The notes: generated by a model from the letters alone, not told the origin. 64,000 nucleotides of DNA from Octopus vulgaris (GCA_951406725.2 OX597818.1:87544001-87608000); one strand, 5' to 3'; positions 1 through 11,944 are shown, counted from the stretch's first letter. Program-made: numbers and translations.

Positions 1-345
1 TTTCAATGACCCCAGTAGTAACTGGTACTTATTCAATCGACCGCAAAAGCATGAAAGGCAAAGTCGACCTCGGCGAAATTTGAACTCAGAACGTAGCGGC
101 AGACGAAATACCTATTTATTTACTACTCGCTAGGGGCTAAACACAGAGAGGACAAACAAGGACAGACAAACGGATTAAGTCGATTATATCGACCCCAGTG
201 CGTAAATGGTACTTATTTAATCGACCCCGAAAGGATGAAAGGCAAAGTCGACCTCGGCGGAATTTGAACTCAGAACGTAACGGCAGACGAAATACGGCTA
301 CGCATTTCGCCCGGCGTGCTAACGTTTCTGTCAGTTCACCGCCTT
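1..345 (-). mobile_element. tRNA-derived SINE family A (Meta-domain-like core), one near-full copy plus an adjacent partial copy
   Basis: The reverse complement reads GGCGGTGAACTGACAGAAACGTTAGCACGCCGGGCG...GAGTTCAAATTCCGCCGAGGTCGACTTTGCCTTTCATCCTTTCGGGGTCGAT, with A/B-box-like motifs. The same sequence recurs many times in the window. Confidence 0.85.
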
Positions 346-449
346 ATTTTCCTCTTACATAATAAACAGATAGTTTGATTGGTACGGTCACAATAGACAG
401 AGTGGTATATATAATATACACACACGCACACACATGCATGTATATGTTT

Positions 450-597
450 ACCAGTCTCAGTAATTGGAATCTGGCCATGCTGGGGCATCGCCTGAAGGGG
501 TCAGTCGAATAAATCGATCCCAGTACTTGCTCTCAAAGACTGGTACACCAGCCCCAGTTGCTAAGCTGTGGCGGGGAGGAAAGACACAGACACAAAG

Positions 598-671
<74 letters not shown>

Positions 672-830
672 GTACGTATACGACGGGCTTCTTTCAGATT
701 GCGCCTACCGAATCCACTCACAAAAATTTGATTGATCCGGGACGATAATAGACGACGCTTGACGACACTTGAATGGAACTGAACCCCGAGCCATGCGGTT
801 GGGAAGCAAATTTCGTAACACACAGCCATG
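450..830 (-). mobile_element. tRNA-derived SINE family B with internal (CA)n tract (diverged)
   Basis: Matches the recurring family GGCTGTGTGGTAAG...GGTAGACGGAAACTGAAAGAAGCCCGTCG-(microsatellite)-...CCAGCATGGCC seen at 15401-16098. Confidence 0.7.
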
Positions 831-831
831 T

Positions 832-876
<45 letters not shown>

Positions 877-1595
877 CACGCACATATCTCTTATTATAAA
901 AGGCAGATTTTATCTGCCTCCCTTTGGGAGTTATACAAATCTACAATATAGGATTTCTTCAATTACAATTTACCTAGCAGTTTTAAGAGTACAATGCATC
1001 GCGTCATGCCAGGTCCAGTTTTTAAAATTTAAACTCCAATTAAGCAAAATTTACAGAAAACTCACATTCTGGTGTGTGTGTCAAATGCTTTTCTTAGTCT
1101 GGTTTACACCACACGCAAACGCACACACACAGTGTGCTACGAATAAAGTGAAACTAATTCAGTGTGTTGACAGGTAGACAATAGAATGCGATGACGACTA
1201 TGACGCTGATAGATACATGAGTAAAATGTATGGGAAGCTAACACATAAGAGTGAGTGAAAATGTTCTTGGAAGAGAGTAAATAGCCAGAGATTAATAAAG
1301 TAAACATACACTCATACATACATACATACATACATACATACATACATACATACATACATACACACATACACACACACACATACATACATACACACACATA
1401 CATACACACATACATACATACATACATATACATACATACATACATATACATACATACATACACACACACACACATACACACACACACAGTATTGAAGCTT
1501 GAGAACAATCAGATACATCTGCAACACATCTGTTGAAAATATTATTGTTCACACACATACATATACATATATACATACAGAGAGACAGACAGATA

Positions 1596-1643
<48 letters not shown>

Positions 1644-1767
1644 ATCCAGCATGGCCACAACCTCAAGGCTGAAACGTATAAAACAATAACAGAATATAAA
1701 TGTGTGCATGTGTGTGAGAGAGAGTGTGTGTGTATATGTATGTATGTATGTATGTATATATATATAT

Positions 1768-2360
1768 AATAATGCGGTTTTTTCAACAGCTTGAACTAAA
1801 TGTCAGAGGGGAATGGGATAAACTACTTATATTAACTTGTTATAAAAGCAGGTAGTAATTTTATCTTGTCCTTATTCATAGTGCAAGTTTTGAAGAGTGC
1901 ATTTCGATTTTAACAGCTATTTTTTTCAAAGCTATATTGGAAGTAACAAAGGAGCATATTTGGCATATTTTGCTTTATGAGTTCAATAAAGACAACAACG
2001 CAACGGAAAGTACAAGAAATATTAATGCAGTATATGGGGATTGGACAATAAGCGTAAGGCTGTCAATGGTGGTTCCAGAAATTCCGAGCCATAAACTACA
2101 GCTTAGAAGACGAGCCTCATCCTGAAAGATCTGTAGAACTCGACAAGGACATCCTGAAAACCCTGGTGGAACAAAATCTCATCGTAACTGTTGAGGAACT
2201 AGCAGAGAAGCTTGGATTTGGTCATTCAACCATTCATTGAGACCTGTGTGCTATCGGAAAAGTCAGCAAATTGGGTCAATGGGTTCCTCACGAACTTTCC
2301 GAGTCTAATTGCATGCAGAGAGTGAATGTATGCTTTTCTTTGCTGTCACATCTCACCACT
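1768..2360 (+). mobile_element. mariner transposon relic, 5' part (frameshifted HTH region of transposase)
   Basis: ORF MEVTKEHIWHILLYEFNKDNNATESTRNINAVYGD; downstream frames give VEELAEKLGFGHSTIH and SKLGQWVPHEL (mariner WVPHEL motif). Confidence 0.85.
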
Positions 2361-2375
2361 ACTGCGCTATGTATA

Positions 2376-3011
2376 TCTATATATATAAAACTGTAGTTGT
2401 GTGAGTGTCTGTCCCCTTCGATTTAGATTCCTAACTACTCCCACATTTTGCGGTGCAGTTTAACCAAATTCGGGTAGCTTATAGTCGTGATTCATATCGA
2501 GCCCGTCTGACTATTAGCGCGCGTCAACGATGAGTCTACGATTTTAAAAATAATTTAACATCATTTTTTATTCCATTTTAATGCATAATTTTTCGTGTGT
2601 CGATGGCGGCGGAGTTGGCGTCCACGCTCACACCTGCACCTGTGGGGAAGGGAGTGTAAGGAAATCAACGTCGTAATGCGTTGTGAAGGAGACCAGCGTT
2701 CTTTTAGAACAACGACTTCATGGCTTGAAGACACCAAAACAGAAATGGCTAAGAAAGCGTCTACATGAGTCTACGATTTAAAAAATATTTACCATCGTTT
2801 TTTTCCATTTTAATGCATTTTTTCGCTATTATATAAGGGAAGTAACTCTCTAAAAATGTCTACGATGAGTCAACGATTTAAAAAAAAAATTTACCATCAT
2901 ATTTTTTCCATTTTTAATGCATTTTTTGCTATTTTTTGGCTATAACTCTCTAAAAATGCTTATATAGTTATTTCCCTTACAAACCCGAGCAACGCCGGGC
3001 GATACTGCTAG
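2376..3011 (+). mobile_element. non-autonomous Helitron
   Basis: 5' TCTATATATATAAAA, subterminal hairpin CCCGAGCAACGCCGGG, 3' CTAG; inserted between A and T with no TSD; internal tandem repeats of GAGTCTACGATTT... Confidence 0.85.
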
Positions 3012-3345
3012 TATGTATATAAAGAAATGGCTTCTTTTGGTCCCTGCTTACTAAATCCACCCACAAGCTTTGGCTGGTCTCAGATTACACTTGTCAAAGG
3101 TGTCATGGACTGGGACTGAACCTGCAACAATGTAGTTGGAAACAAACTTCTTACCACACAACTATACACACACACACATGTCTATATAAAGGGTGAGAAG
3201 AACATGTTTCATTTAGCGAAAATGCAATTTCTTTTATTTAAACATGAAATCTCTAATGTAAAATTATTTAGATATACATGTGTGTGTGTTTGTGTGTTTG
3301 TGTGTGCTTTGTGTGAGAAATGAATGTGATTTGTGGTCATACCAC

Positions 3346-3492
<147 letters not shown>

Positions 3493-3575
3493 CTGCTTGT
3501 CGGTTTGTCCGTCTGTCGCTCTGTCCGTCTATCTGTGCAGATGTATATACAAATATACATATATCGAGAAAAGGA

Positions 3576-3649
<74 letters not shown>

Positions 3650-3785
3650 GTGTATATATGTATGTGTGTATATATTCACGCATATATGCATATGAGAATA
3701 TATGTATATAAATATGTACACACACACATATATGTAAATTTATATGTATATCTGTATATATGTATATATATATATAAATATGCAG

Positions 3786-3843
<58 letters not shown>

Positions 3844-3859
3844 ATATATGTATATCTGC

Positions 3860-3890
<31 letters not shown>

Positions 3891-4250
3891 CAATATATAT
3901 GTACATATATACATATAAATATATATATACACACAGATATATACATATATATTTACACACATATAAATATGTGTGTATGTATTCATATTTATATACATAC
4001 TTAAGTGTTTACACAGCGTATAGACATATACATGCTCACAAACGCATTATTTCTCTCTTTCCCACAGATATGCATACACCGACACACAGACACCGCCGCC
4101 TTATTAAAATTTTAAGTGTATTTTGTATGAATAGCCAAGAGCATTCCTAGTTATGGAACCGTGATTGCAATCCAATCATTTGAATATATGCATACATTAT
4201 TGTATGTGTGTATGTGAGCGCGCGCGTGTATATATACTTTTATATATGTA

Positions 4251-4299
<49 letters not shown>

Positions 4300-4922
4300 G
4301 TATGTATATATTTATATATATATATATATATTTATACATACATACACACTCATACAGACCGACAAACACACAAATGTGCTTATACATACATACACGTTTA
4401 TGCGCATATATGTACATATATACACATATATATATATACATACATATACATTCATGCATTTATTTGTATTTGTATTTATTTGTATGTACATTTGTGCTCT
4501 CTATTATGAATGAAGCGGAGTGCATCTTAATGTGGCTGTACACACATACACTATACAGACACAGACACATACACACACACACATGTAGATGCATAAATGT
4601 TTACCAATGCACCCATATGTGTGTGGGTACAATTGTAATAGCTTGTATAAATATAGAGATACAAATATATGCATGTATATGTGTGTGTGTGTATTCATAT
4701 GTATATGTATAAGAGATTTACATTTACTAGTAGTAATATCATATATATTATGTGAATGAGTATGTGTGCAATTGCAAACGAAAAAATATTTCTGCCTGTC
4801 TATATATATATATGTTCATTTGTTTGCTTACATTCACATACTCACACGTTACTACACGGATTCATATGTATACTTAGATGCATCTCTACAATAACACTGC
4901 ATATAATGTGTGTGTGCATGTG

Positions 4923-4965
<43 letters not shown>

Positions 4966-5040
4966 CGGAGATGTACTTGCATAGTAAGTGACCTGATCTG
5001 AGATCGTGTGTTGGAACGAAAACAATTGCGGCATGGAAGG

Positions 5041-5246
5041 TGTTTCTAAGCCATTTAAGAAACACACAAAAACCGTTAGATTCACTTCAACATTTAAATT
5101 TAATTTGTCAAAATATTTTCGTCGCTTTAAGACCGCGACCTGTTCAATGACAAAACTTCGTGCGACGAAAATATTTTGACAAATTAAATTTAAATGTTGA
5201 AGTGAATCTAACGGTTTTTGTGTGTTTCTTAAATGGCTTATAAACA
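5041..5246. repeat. near-perfect inverted repeat (85-bp arms, 36-nt spacer)
   Basis: 5041-5125 is the reverse complement of 5162-5246 with one mismatch. Confidence 0.9.
5104..5154 (-). ncRNA. type I hammerhead-like motif with variant core (UUGAACA)
   Basis: Minus strand: TTTGTCA-TTGAACA-G-GTCGC(ggtcttaaa)GCGAC-GAAA-ATAT-TT-TGACAAA; 7-bp stem I, 5-bp stem II, palindromic stem III. Confidence 0.55.
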
Positions 5247-5249
5247 GCT

Positions 5250-5686
5250 TGCACGCTTCCCTAATGTAATCGGTAAAACTAAGCACGTGTCTGTCTTGGC
5301 ACAGAAAGCTGGGGTTAGTTTTTCAGATTGCATTTACACTGAACTATTGCACTGATGAAGCCACGGACATTTGAATTATGTAAGTAGTTCTTTTGTTAAA
5401 GGCCGAAACCGAGGTATGCATTTAATTCTGTTTTTTATATAAATTTTCATCTGTCCTGCCCGCCAAATTTGGTTCTGGTGTTCGCTGAATTTTTCCTCTA
5501 GAGAATTTTCTTTGTAGTTTGATCGTTGATGATCTATTTCTAGCATACGGCCGACTACCTAGCAGTCTTGCCCTGCCAATATACACATATATTAGAATTT
5601 TCTCTGACTTCTCAGATTTTTTGTATGCTAGACTACTGGTTTTAAATTGATATTAAAATTAATATTAATTTATCTCCCTCATTATT

Positions 5687-5690
<4 letters not shown>
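5250..5690 (+). mobile_element. HHR-bearing pLTR-like repeat ending in (TA)n
   Basis: Contains the HHR. 5445-5672 is homologous to 15100-15400, where part of it is inverted. Confidence 0.6.
5348..5420 (+). ncRNA. type I hammerhead ribozyme motif
   Basis: TGCA-CTGATGA-a-GCC...GGC-c-GAAA-CCGAGG-TA-TGCA; predicted GUA cleavage after 5416. Confidence 0.75.
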
Positions 5691-5747
<57 letters not shown>

Positions 5748-6058
5748 ACGTACACGCTCACTCTCTCACATACACGTACACTTATGTGTAGGTGTGTGGC
5801 CTAGAGGTTAGGTGTTTCACTTATGAGCTTAAGACTGTGGTTTCACTTGTTGGATCCAGTGATGCGTTGTACCCAAAACACCATATTTCACGTTACTCGA
5901 GTCCACTCACCCGCTAAAAATGGCTTATCCTGAGACGAGCCGGCTTTTCGTCCAGGGAGGCAATATATGCATTGTTGAATACGGGAAACCAGCCTTATGG
6001 TCCTATGGCTCGGCAAGGACACTTAATCGCTGTGTGTGTATATATAACGCACACACAC

Positions 6059-6109
<51 letters not shown>

Positions 6110-6114
<5 letters not shown>

Positions 6115-6500
6115 TCTTTTATTCTTTCATCTGTTTCAGTCATTTTGACTGTGGCCATGCTGGAGCATCACCTTTTAGTCTATGAAATCGACCCCAGCAC
6201 TTATTCTTCGTAACCCGTTACATATACTATCGGTTTCTTTTGTCGAACCGCTAAGTTATGGGGTCCAACATTGGTTGTAAAGCGATGGTGTTAGTGGTGG
6301 TGGGGGACAAACACAAACACACAAGTATATATATATTTATATATACATATATATACGTCGGGTTTATTTCAGTTTCCGTCTACCAAATCCACTCACACGG
6401 CTTTGGTCGGTCCGAGGCTATAGTAGAAGACACTTGCCCAAGGGGTCATGTAGTGGGATCGAACCCGGAACCATGTGGTTTAGAAGCAAGCTTCTTACCA
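6110..6500 (-). mobile_element. SINE family B
   Basis: Homologous to 15401-16098 in reverse orientation. Confidence 0.75.
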
Positions 6501-6564
6501 AATAGTTTTAAAATCCAATTGCGGTAGAATGAACAGAAAAAGATACTCCATCCACTGAGAGATA

Positions 6565-6908
6565 AAAGGGGTAAAGACCCCCTTCGGTCATGAATGACCA
6601 TGGGATTGCACCTAGAAAGTTACCCTCCTAGACACAAGTCCGGGCAAGGTTGTTTATGGAAGACCAGCAGTCGCCCATGCATACCAGCCTCCCCTCTCCA
6701 CGCCACCAGTGTTATCCAAGGGAAAGACAAAGGTCGATACAGCTTGGCACCAGTGACGTTGCAACTCATTTCTAAAGCTGAGTGAACTGGAGCAACGAGA
6801 AATAAAGTGCCTTGCTCAAGAACACAACACGCAGCCCGGTCTTGGATTCGAGCTCACAACCTCACGATCGTAAGCTCGACGCTCTAACCACTGAGCCATG
6901 CGCCTTCA
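6565..6908 (-). mobile_element. tRNA-derived SINE family C (CORE-like)
   Basis: The reverse complement starts GAAGGCGCATGGCTCAGTGGTTAGAGCG...GAGCTCGAATCC (A/B boxes), then GTGTTCTTGAGCAAGGCACTT. Confidence 0.7.
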
Positions 6909-6930
6909 TGAATTTAAATACACAGCCGAA

Positions 6931-7020
6931 AGAGCTACTAATAGTTTCATGCTATTATGATACTTGAACAGGCATATTTATAAAATACGCCACGTATCTG
7001 AAAGCAATCATTCAGGCTCT
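6931..7020 (-). ncRNA. type I hammerhead motif with 8-nt core (CUGAAUGA) and long stem II
   Basis: Minus strand: AGAGC-CTGAATGA-t-TGCT..GATAC..GGCGTATTT/AAATATGCC..GTATC..AGCA-t-GAAA-CTATTAG-TA-GCTCT. Confidence 0.65.
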
Positions 7021-7364
7021 GTTTAAACATTTTATACAATTTAAAAATAAGATGCTGGTCAGTAAGAAAATAAGGAAAGGCGTGTAAAAAAAAAAATGAA
7101 AAAGGTGCAAGAAATGGAACGAAAAACGAGAAACGAAATCAAAAGAATTTAAAAAACTAAGATTCTGGTCTTCCCTAATTGCTGAAATTTAATTAAATAC
7201 AACTGGCTAGCAACTCCTGCTCGTTCCATCTTTTGGATTGATTAATGTAAGTAATATAATATTAATATAAATAATATAATGGGGTGGTTACCGCCCCTGT
7301 CAGTATATGTATATATTTGCGTTCTTCTTAGAGCATTAAGAGTACTTTTACTGTTACATACTTT

Positions 7365-7658
7365 TATACTTTTACTTGTTTCAGTCACCTGCCTGCTGCC
7401 ACGCTGGAGCACCGCCTTTTTCGTCGAGCAAATCGACCCCAGGACTTATTCTTTGTAAGCCTAGTACTTATTCTATCGGTCTCTTTTGCCGAATCGCTAA
7501 GTTACGGGTACGTAAACACACTAGCATCGGTTGTCAAGCGATGTTGGGGGGACGAACACAGACACACAAACATATATATACATATATATGACGGGCTTCT
7601 TTCAGTTTCCGTCTACCAAATCCAGCCACAAGGCTTTGGTCGGTCCGAGGCTACAGTA
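7365..7658 (-). mobile_element. SINE family B (5'-truncated) inserted in an older repeat
   Basis: Family B sequence. The flanks 7285-7350 and 7659-7765 join into a repeat also present, uninterrupted, at 8605-8768. Confidence 0.75.
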
Positions 7659-7835
7659 TTTTAACTCTTATTTCTAGCAATGTCAGTGCTGCGGCGCACT
7701 TAGTCACTCTTAGTGACAATTGAATTTTTCCATTTTGGTATCACATTGCGCCTGGCTGTTTATATTAACTTTTAGTATACGTATTAACATTTCGCTAATC
7801 CTCCATAAATTTTGATGGTAAATAAATATATGTAT

Positions 7836-8272
7836 ATATATTGCAAATAAGAAAATGGAGGAAAACAATAGTTGGTTCATCAACTTTAGGATATTAAAAA
7901 TGTTAACTTATTATTTATTAAACTGATAATACTAATAACATACATACATACATATAGCATATTATTCTGTGCATTAGAATAATATGCTATATGCATGTAT
8001 GTTATAATTGTCAGTTTAATAAATAAATAAGTTAACATTTTTAATGTCCTAAAGTTGATTAACCAACTATTGTTTTCCTCCATTTTCTTATTTGCAATAT
8101 AAATTAATGGTAAAATATCTCTTTACCTTCACCCATTTAATACACTAACTAATGTAATTGCAATTCAATAAAAAAACACTTGTGTATTAATAATTGGGTA
8201 TTCTACCAACAGTATATTGGATAGATATTATCCCTTGGTGGGTTGAACTCACAACCCCTAACTTTCTTGGAG

Positions 8273-8275
<3 letters not shown>
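7836..8275 (+). mobile_element. PLE tail-like fragment with inverted duplication (IR 7836-8101)
   Basis: The arms are about 125 bp. 8070-8275 resembles 32840-33040, the end of the GIY-YIG element (GTATATTGGATA..TTATCCC.TGGTGGGTTGAA..CAACCCCTA). Ends in (TA)n. Confidence 0.65.
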
Positions 8276-8314
<39 letters not shown>

Positions 8315-8425
8315 ATCCGGTTCTTGACTGAAGACTGAGGGTTTCGAATGTCCTGTCCGTGTTTATTGTATCGTCTTCTAAGAGTTATACGTTCTTGTCC
8401 ATGTTGTATTTTTCTACATACCTTA

Positions 8426-8495
<70 letters not shown>

Positions 8496-8865
8496 GCAAA
8501 CGGAACTAGTCCACCACGAGCCGTTGAAGCAGTCGCCACTGACGATGTTTACCGTATAGAAAAAAATAAGGCCTAGTCTGTTAATTCTCGAGACAGTTAT
8601 ACAGCGATTACCACTCCTGTCAGTATGCGCATATAATTGCGCTATTCTTACAGCATTAAGAGTATTTTAACTCTTATTTCTATCAAAGTAGATGCTCTGT
8701 TCCTTTAGTCACACTCAGTGACGACAGAATTTTTCTTTTAGAGTTTCACGTTGCGCCTAGGTGTTTATATATATATATATATATAATAAAATATTAGGGA
8801 ATAAATCCAAATTTACAGGGAAAAATCAGATTTAGGATTGAATCCAATTTTATAGTAAAATATTG

Positions 8866-9176
8866 TATAATATTAATTAGAGACAAAACCACTATTTTGT
8901 AAATCAAACAAGGAAAGACTTAATACATAAAAAAATTTTAATATAAAGTAAATAAATCGCCACTACAATTGTTTCCTGTCTTCAAATGGCATTCATCAGG
9001 TGGATTTCATATCTTCCATTCAATTTAAATTGAATGGAAGATATGAAATCCACCTGATGAATGCCATTTGAAGACAGGAAACAATTGTAGTGGCGATTTA
9101 TTTACTTTATATTAAAATTTTTTTATGTATTAAGTCTTTCCTTGTTTGATTTACAAAATAGTGGTTTTGTCTCTAA

Positions 9177-9187
<11 letters not shown>
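8866..9187. repeat. perfect 322-bp spacerless palindrome carrying two divergent hammerheads
   Basis: Centre CAATTT|AAATTG at 9026/9027; the 161-bp arms match by eye; the cassette lies between (TA)n tracts. Confidence 0.9.
9050..9093 (+). ncRNA. minimal type I hammerhead motif (mirror copy at 8960-9003 on -)
   Basis: CCAC-CTGATGA-aTG..CAg-GAAA-CAATTG-TA-GTGG; palindromic stem III; stem II is weak. Confidence 0.7.
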
Positions 9188-9222
<35 letters not shown>

Positions 9223-9278
9223 CTGTTCTGTGATTGATGGTAAGATAAAAAAAATATTATATAATAAACACAATTTAT

Positions 9279-9360
9279 GTGCTACTATTAGTTTCATATG
9301 ATGAGAGTATGCCAGACAGCATTTTCAACACGTCTGGTATCCTAGCACTATCATCAGCTA
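9279..9360 (-). ncRNA. degenerate hammerhead motif related to 6931-7020
   Basis: Minus strand: CTGATGA...CCAGAC/GTCTGG...GAAACTAATAGTAGC; stem I is disrupted. Confidence 0.4.
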
Positions 9361-9438
9361 TCTGATGTTATTAACTCGGGTATCATCAACATTCACTATG
9401 GTTAGCCGGCATTGGAAACCGATTTAAGACGAAACACG

Positions 9439-10371
9439 TTAACCGCCAGGATTATACATCCCTTTGAAATCATTTGTATATATATATATATATATATATA
9501 TGGCTTTCGAACGTTCTCCTAGAATATTCCATACATTTTCAATAGGATTGAGATCTGGGCTTTGACCTGGCCAATCCATAACAATAACCTTTTCAGCCTT
9601 GAGGAAGTTCATGACCACCTTAGCCTTGTGACATGGGGCATTGTCCTGCATGAATATGGGTGGTCGCTTAGTTGAATTTCTCAGCACAGGCAAGACATGA
9701 TCTTTTACAAGTTGTTTATAAACTCCTGCATTTACCTTTCCATGTAAACGCACCAAAGGGCAAACACCATCTCCAGATATCATCCCCCAAACCATGACAC
9801 TTCCTCCACCGAATTTAACACTAGTCTTAAGGTATTTAGGCGACAATTTTTCACCTACTTTTCTACGAACATACCTTTTCCCATCTGAGCCAAATAACAT
9901 AAACTTAGATTCATCACTGAAATGCACCGTTTGCCATTTTTCTTGAGACCACAACACATGTTTGGTTGCAAAGGTAAGACGACACGTTTTATTCTTGGAG
10001 CTGATCAGTGGCTTCACTGCAGGTGCTCTTGCTTGTAGGTCATGTTCAACTAAACGACGAGACACAGTTTTTCGAGATAAAGTTTTCTTCAATACGATGC
10101 TCATTTTCCGAGAAACAGCAGCAGCAGCAGTTTTAAATCTGTCCTTTTTAAACAACTTTACCATAGCACGATCTTCTCTCTTGGTCGTTTTTCTTGGCCT
10201 ACCTGTAAACGTTCTTACTTCACACGAACCACAATCATCGTAGACCTTAAGAATACCATGTACAACACTTTTTGACTTGTTAACAATATTTGCAATAGAT
10301 CCAATACTTAAATTATCCTTCCTTCGAAGCTTAATAATCTGCTGACGAATTGGTAACGGAGTAAGTGGCAT
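9439..10371 (-). CDS. Tc1 DD34E transposase, uninterrupted frame but C-terminus lost (runs into TA repeat)
   Basis: HTH, GRPRKTT, FSDESKF, VKFGGGSVMVWG, FMQDNAPCH and WPGQSPDLNPIENVW motifs; 34 residues between the second D and E. Confidence 0.85.
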   Translation of the reverse strand: MPLTPLPIRQQIIKLRRKDNLSIGSIANIVNKSKSVVHGILKVYDDCGSCEVRTFTGRPRKTTKREDRAMVKLFKKDRFKTAAAAVSRKMSIVLKKTLSRKTVSRRLVEHDLQARAPAVKPLISSKNKTCRLTFATKHVLWSQEKWQTVHFSDESKFMLFGSDGKRYVRRKVGEKLSPKYLKTSVKFGGGSVMVWGMISGDGVCPLVRLHGKVNAGVYKQLVKDHVLPVLRNSTKRPPIFMQDNAPCHKAKVVMNFLKAEKVIVMDWPGQSPDLNPIENVWNILGERSKAIYIYIYIYTNDFKGMYNPGG

Positions 10372-10713
10372 TATATTAACAAAGTACACTGCAAATATTC
10401 TTACTAACGTTTAGTAAACGAACCGTCACGTAAACAAATTCAAAACATTAGAGTTCGCCGGTTAAATATACTAAAACACGGAGTAAAAGCAACCATTCTG
10501 ATCATTTTGGCCGCCATGGGTTTTGCAGTAAATCACTAAATCATCCATAACTTTTGTATTATCCTCTCAAATTACACCAAAATCTCAGGCAATAACAAAT
10601 AATATCGTATTTATTTTCTGTGAAAATTATAGAATATATAACAAGTTTGATAAAAAATCATATCTACTTTTCTGACGAAGACAATGCCGTTCTGAACATT
10701 TTGGCCGCCACTG
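9501..10713 (-). mobile_element. Tc1-family DNA transposon, 3'-truncated at (TA)n
   Basis: TA-flanked terminus CAGTGGCGGCCAAAATGTTCAGAACGG at 10713; inner direct repeat at about 10493-10517 (IR/DR architecture); transposase ORF present. Confidence 0.92.
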
Positions 10714-10742
10714 TATATATATATATCTGTAAATATAAATAT

Positions 10743-10950
10743 ATCTGCAAATATAATATGTGACAATTATTTGGCAGCCAAGATAAAACTCTGAATTTCG
10801 GATGCCGAGGTGGAAATCCACACCACCATCTCTTCAGTTATCCGATGGCGGATAACTGAAGAGATGGTGGTGTGGATTTCCACCTCGGCATCCAAAACTC
10901 AGAGTTTTATCTTGACTACCGAATAATTATCACATATTATATTTACAGAT
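10743..10950. repeat. inverted repeat (102-bp arms, 4-nt loop) carrying two divergent hammerhead motifs
   Basis: Each arm reads GATAA-CTGAAGA-GATG...CATC-C(G/A)AAA-(T/C)TCAGAG-TT-TTATC. The minus copy (10782-10842) keeps CGAAA; the plus copy (10851-10911) has CAAAA. Confidence 0.85.
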
Positions 10951-11012
10951 AAATTCCTCTATTTACATAATATTGAGGTCTCTTTCTTTCTTTTGTTATC
11001 TTACCGTTTTTA

Positions 11013-11120
<108 letters not shown>

Positions 11121-11599
11121 TGGAATAATATATACCTGTTAACTCGGAAGCTTACTATAGATCCCTAGCTCCAGTCTCAGCTGTAAACCTGGGACCTAAC
11201 GGATGACCATTTATCCAGCGTACCTCTACGTTTTGATAACCAGTGAAATAAACATCTTATATTCTATGTGTGTGTGTGTGTGTGTGTGTGCATATGCGTA
11301 TATATACATGTGCCAGTATATATAGTTGTGTGTGCATACATACATGAGCCTGTATATATATATGTGTGTGTGTGTGTGTCTGTGCGTGCGCCACGTGTGT
11401 TTGTGTGTGTGTGTTTGCATGTGTGTATGTGCGTTTTATGTTTGTACATCCCACTGTTTGATAAAGGATGCTGGTTTCTTCATATCCCCGTCACCTAGCG
11501 TTTCGGGAAAAAAAAATCTAGATGTATAACACATAAACGAACAAAATCCTCGCTTACTTCATTTCCACACTTTCACAAATGTTCTATTTCAGGCGTATA

Positions 11600-11656
<57 letters not shown>

Positions 11657-11944
11657 ACACACAAACAAACGAACATACACACATACACACACATCTACGC
11701 ACACGCACACAAATGCGAACACACACATGCACAAGCACACAAGGGGCATGACACGTAGAGATTTCATTGAAAGTCGTGAGAATCAACAGATACGTAACAT
11801 CGGTTTAGGCTCTTCACAGTTCTCAATGACGTCACATCGAGTTGAACAGCCGATGAAGAGTAGCATATGAAGTCTTTATAGGTAGAGTGTTGAAGATTCA
11901 ACATTTGCTGACTGAAATAAAAGATTTTGAAGAAATATAAACGC

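Noticed and set aside
8311-8575. CTGAAGA (about 8328) and CTGACGA...GAAA (8539-8562) hammerhead-like words
   Set aside because: GAAA or stem III is missing or broken; at best these are relics and they are not counted.
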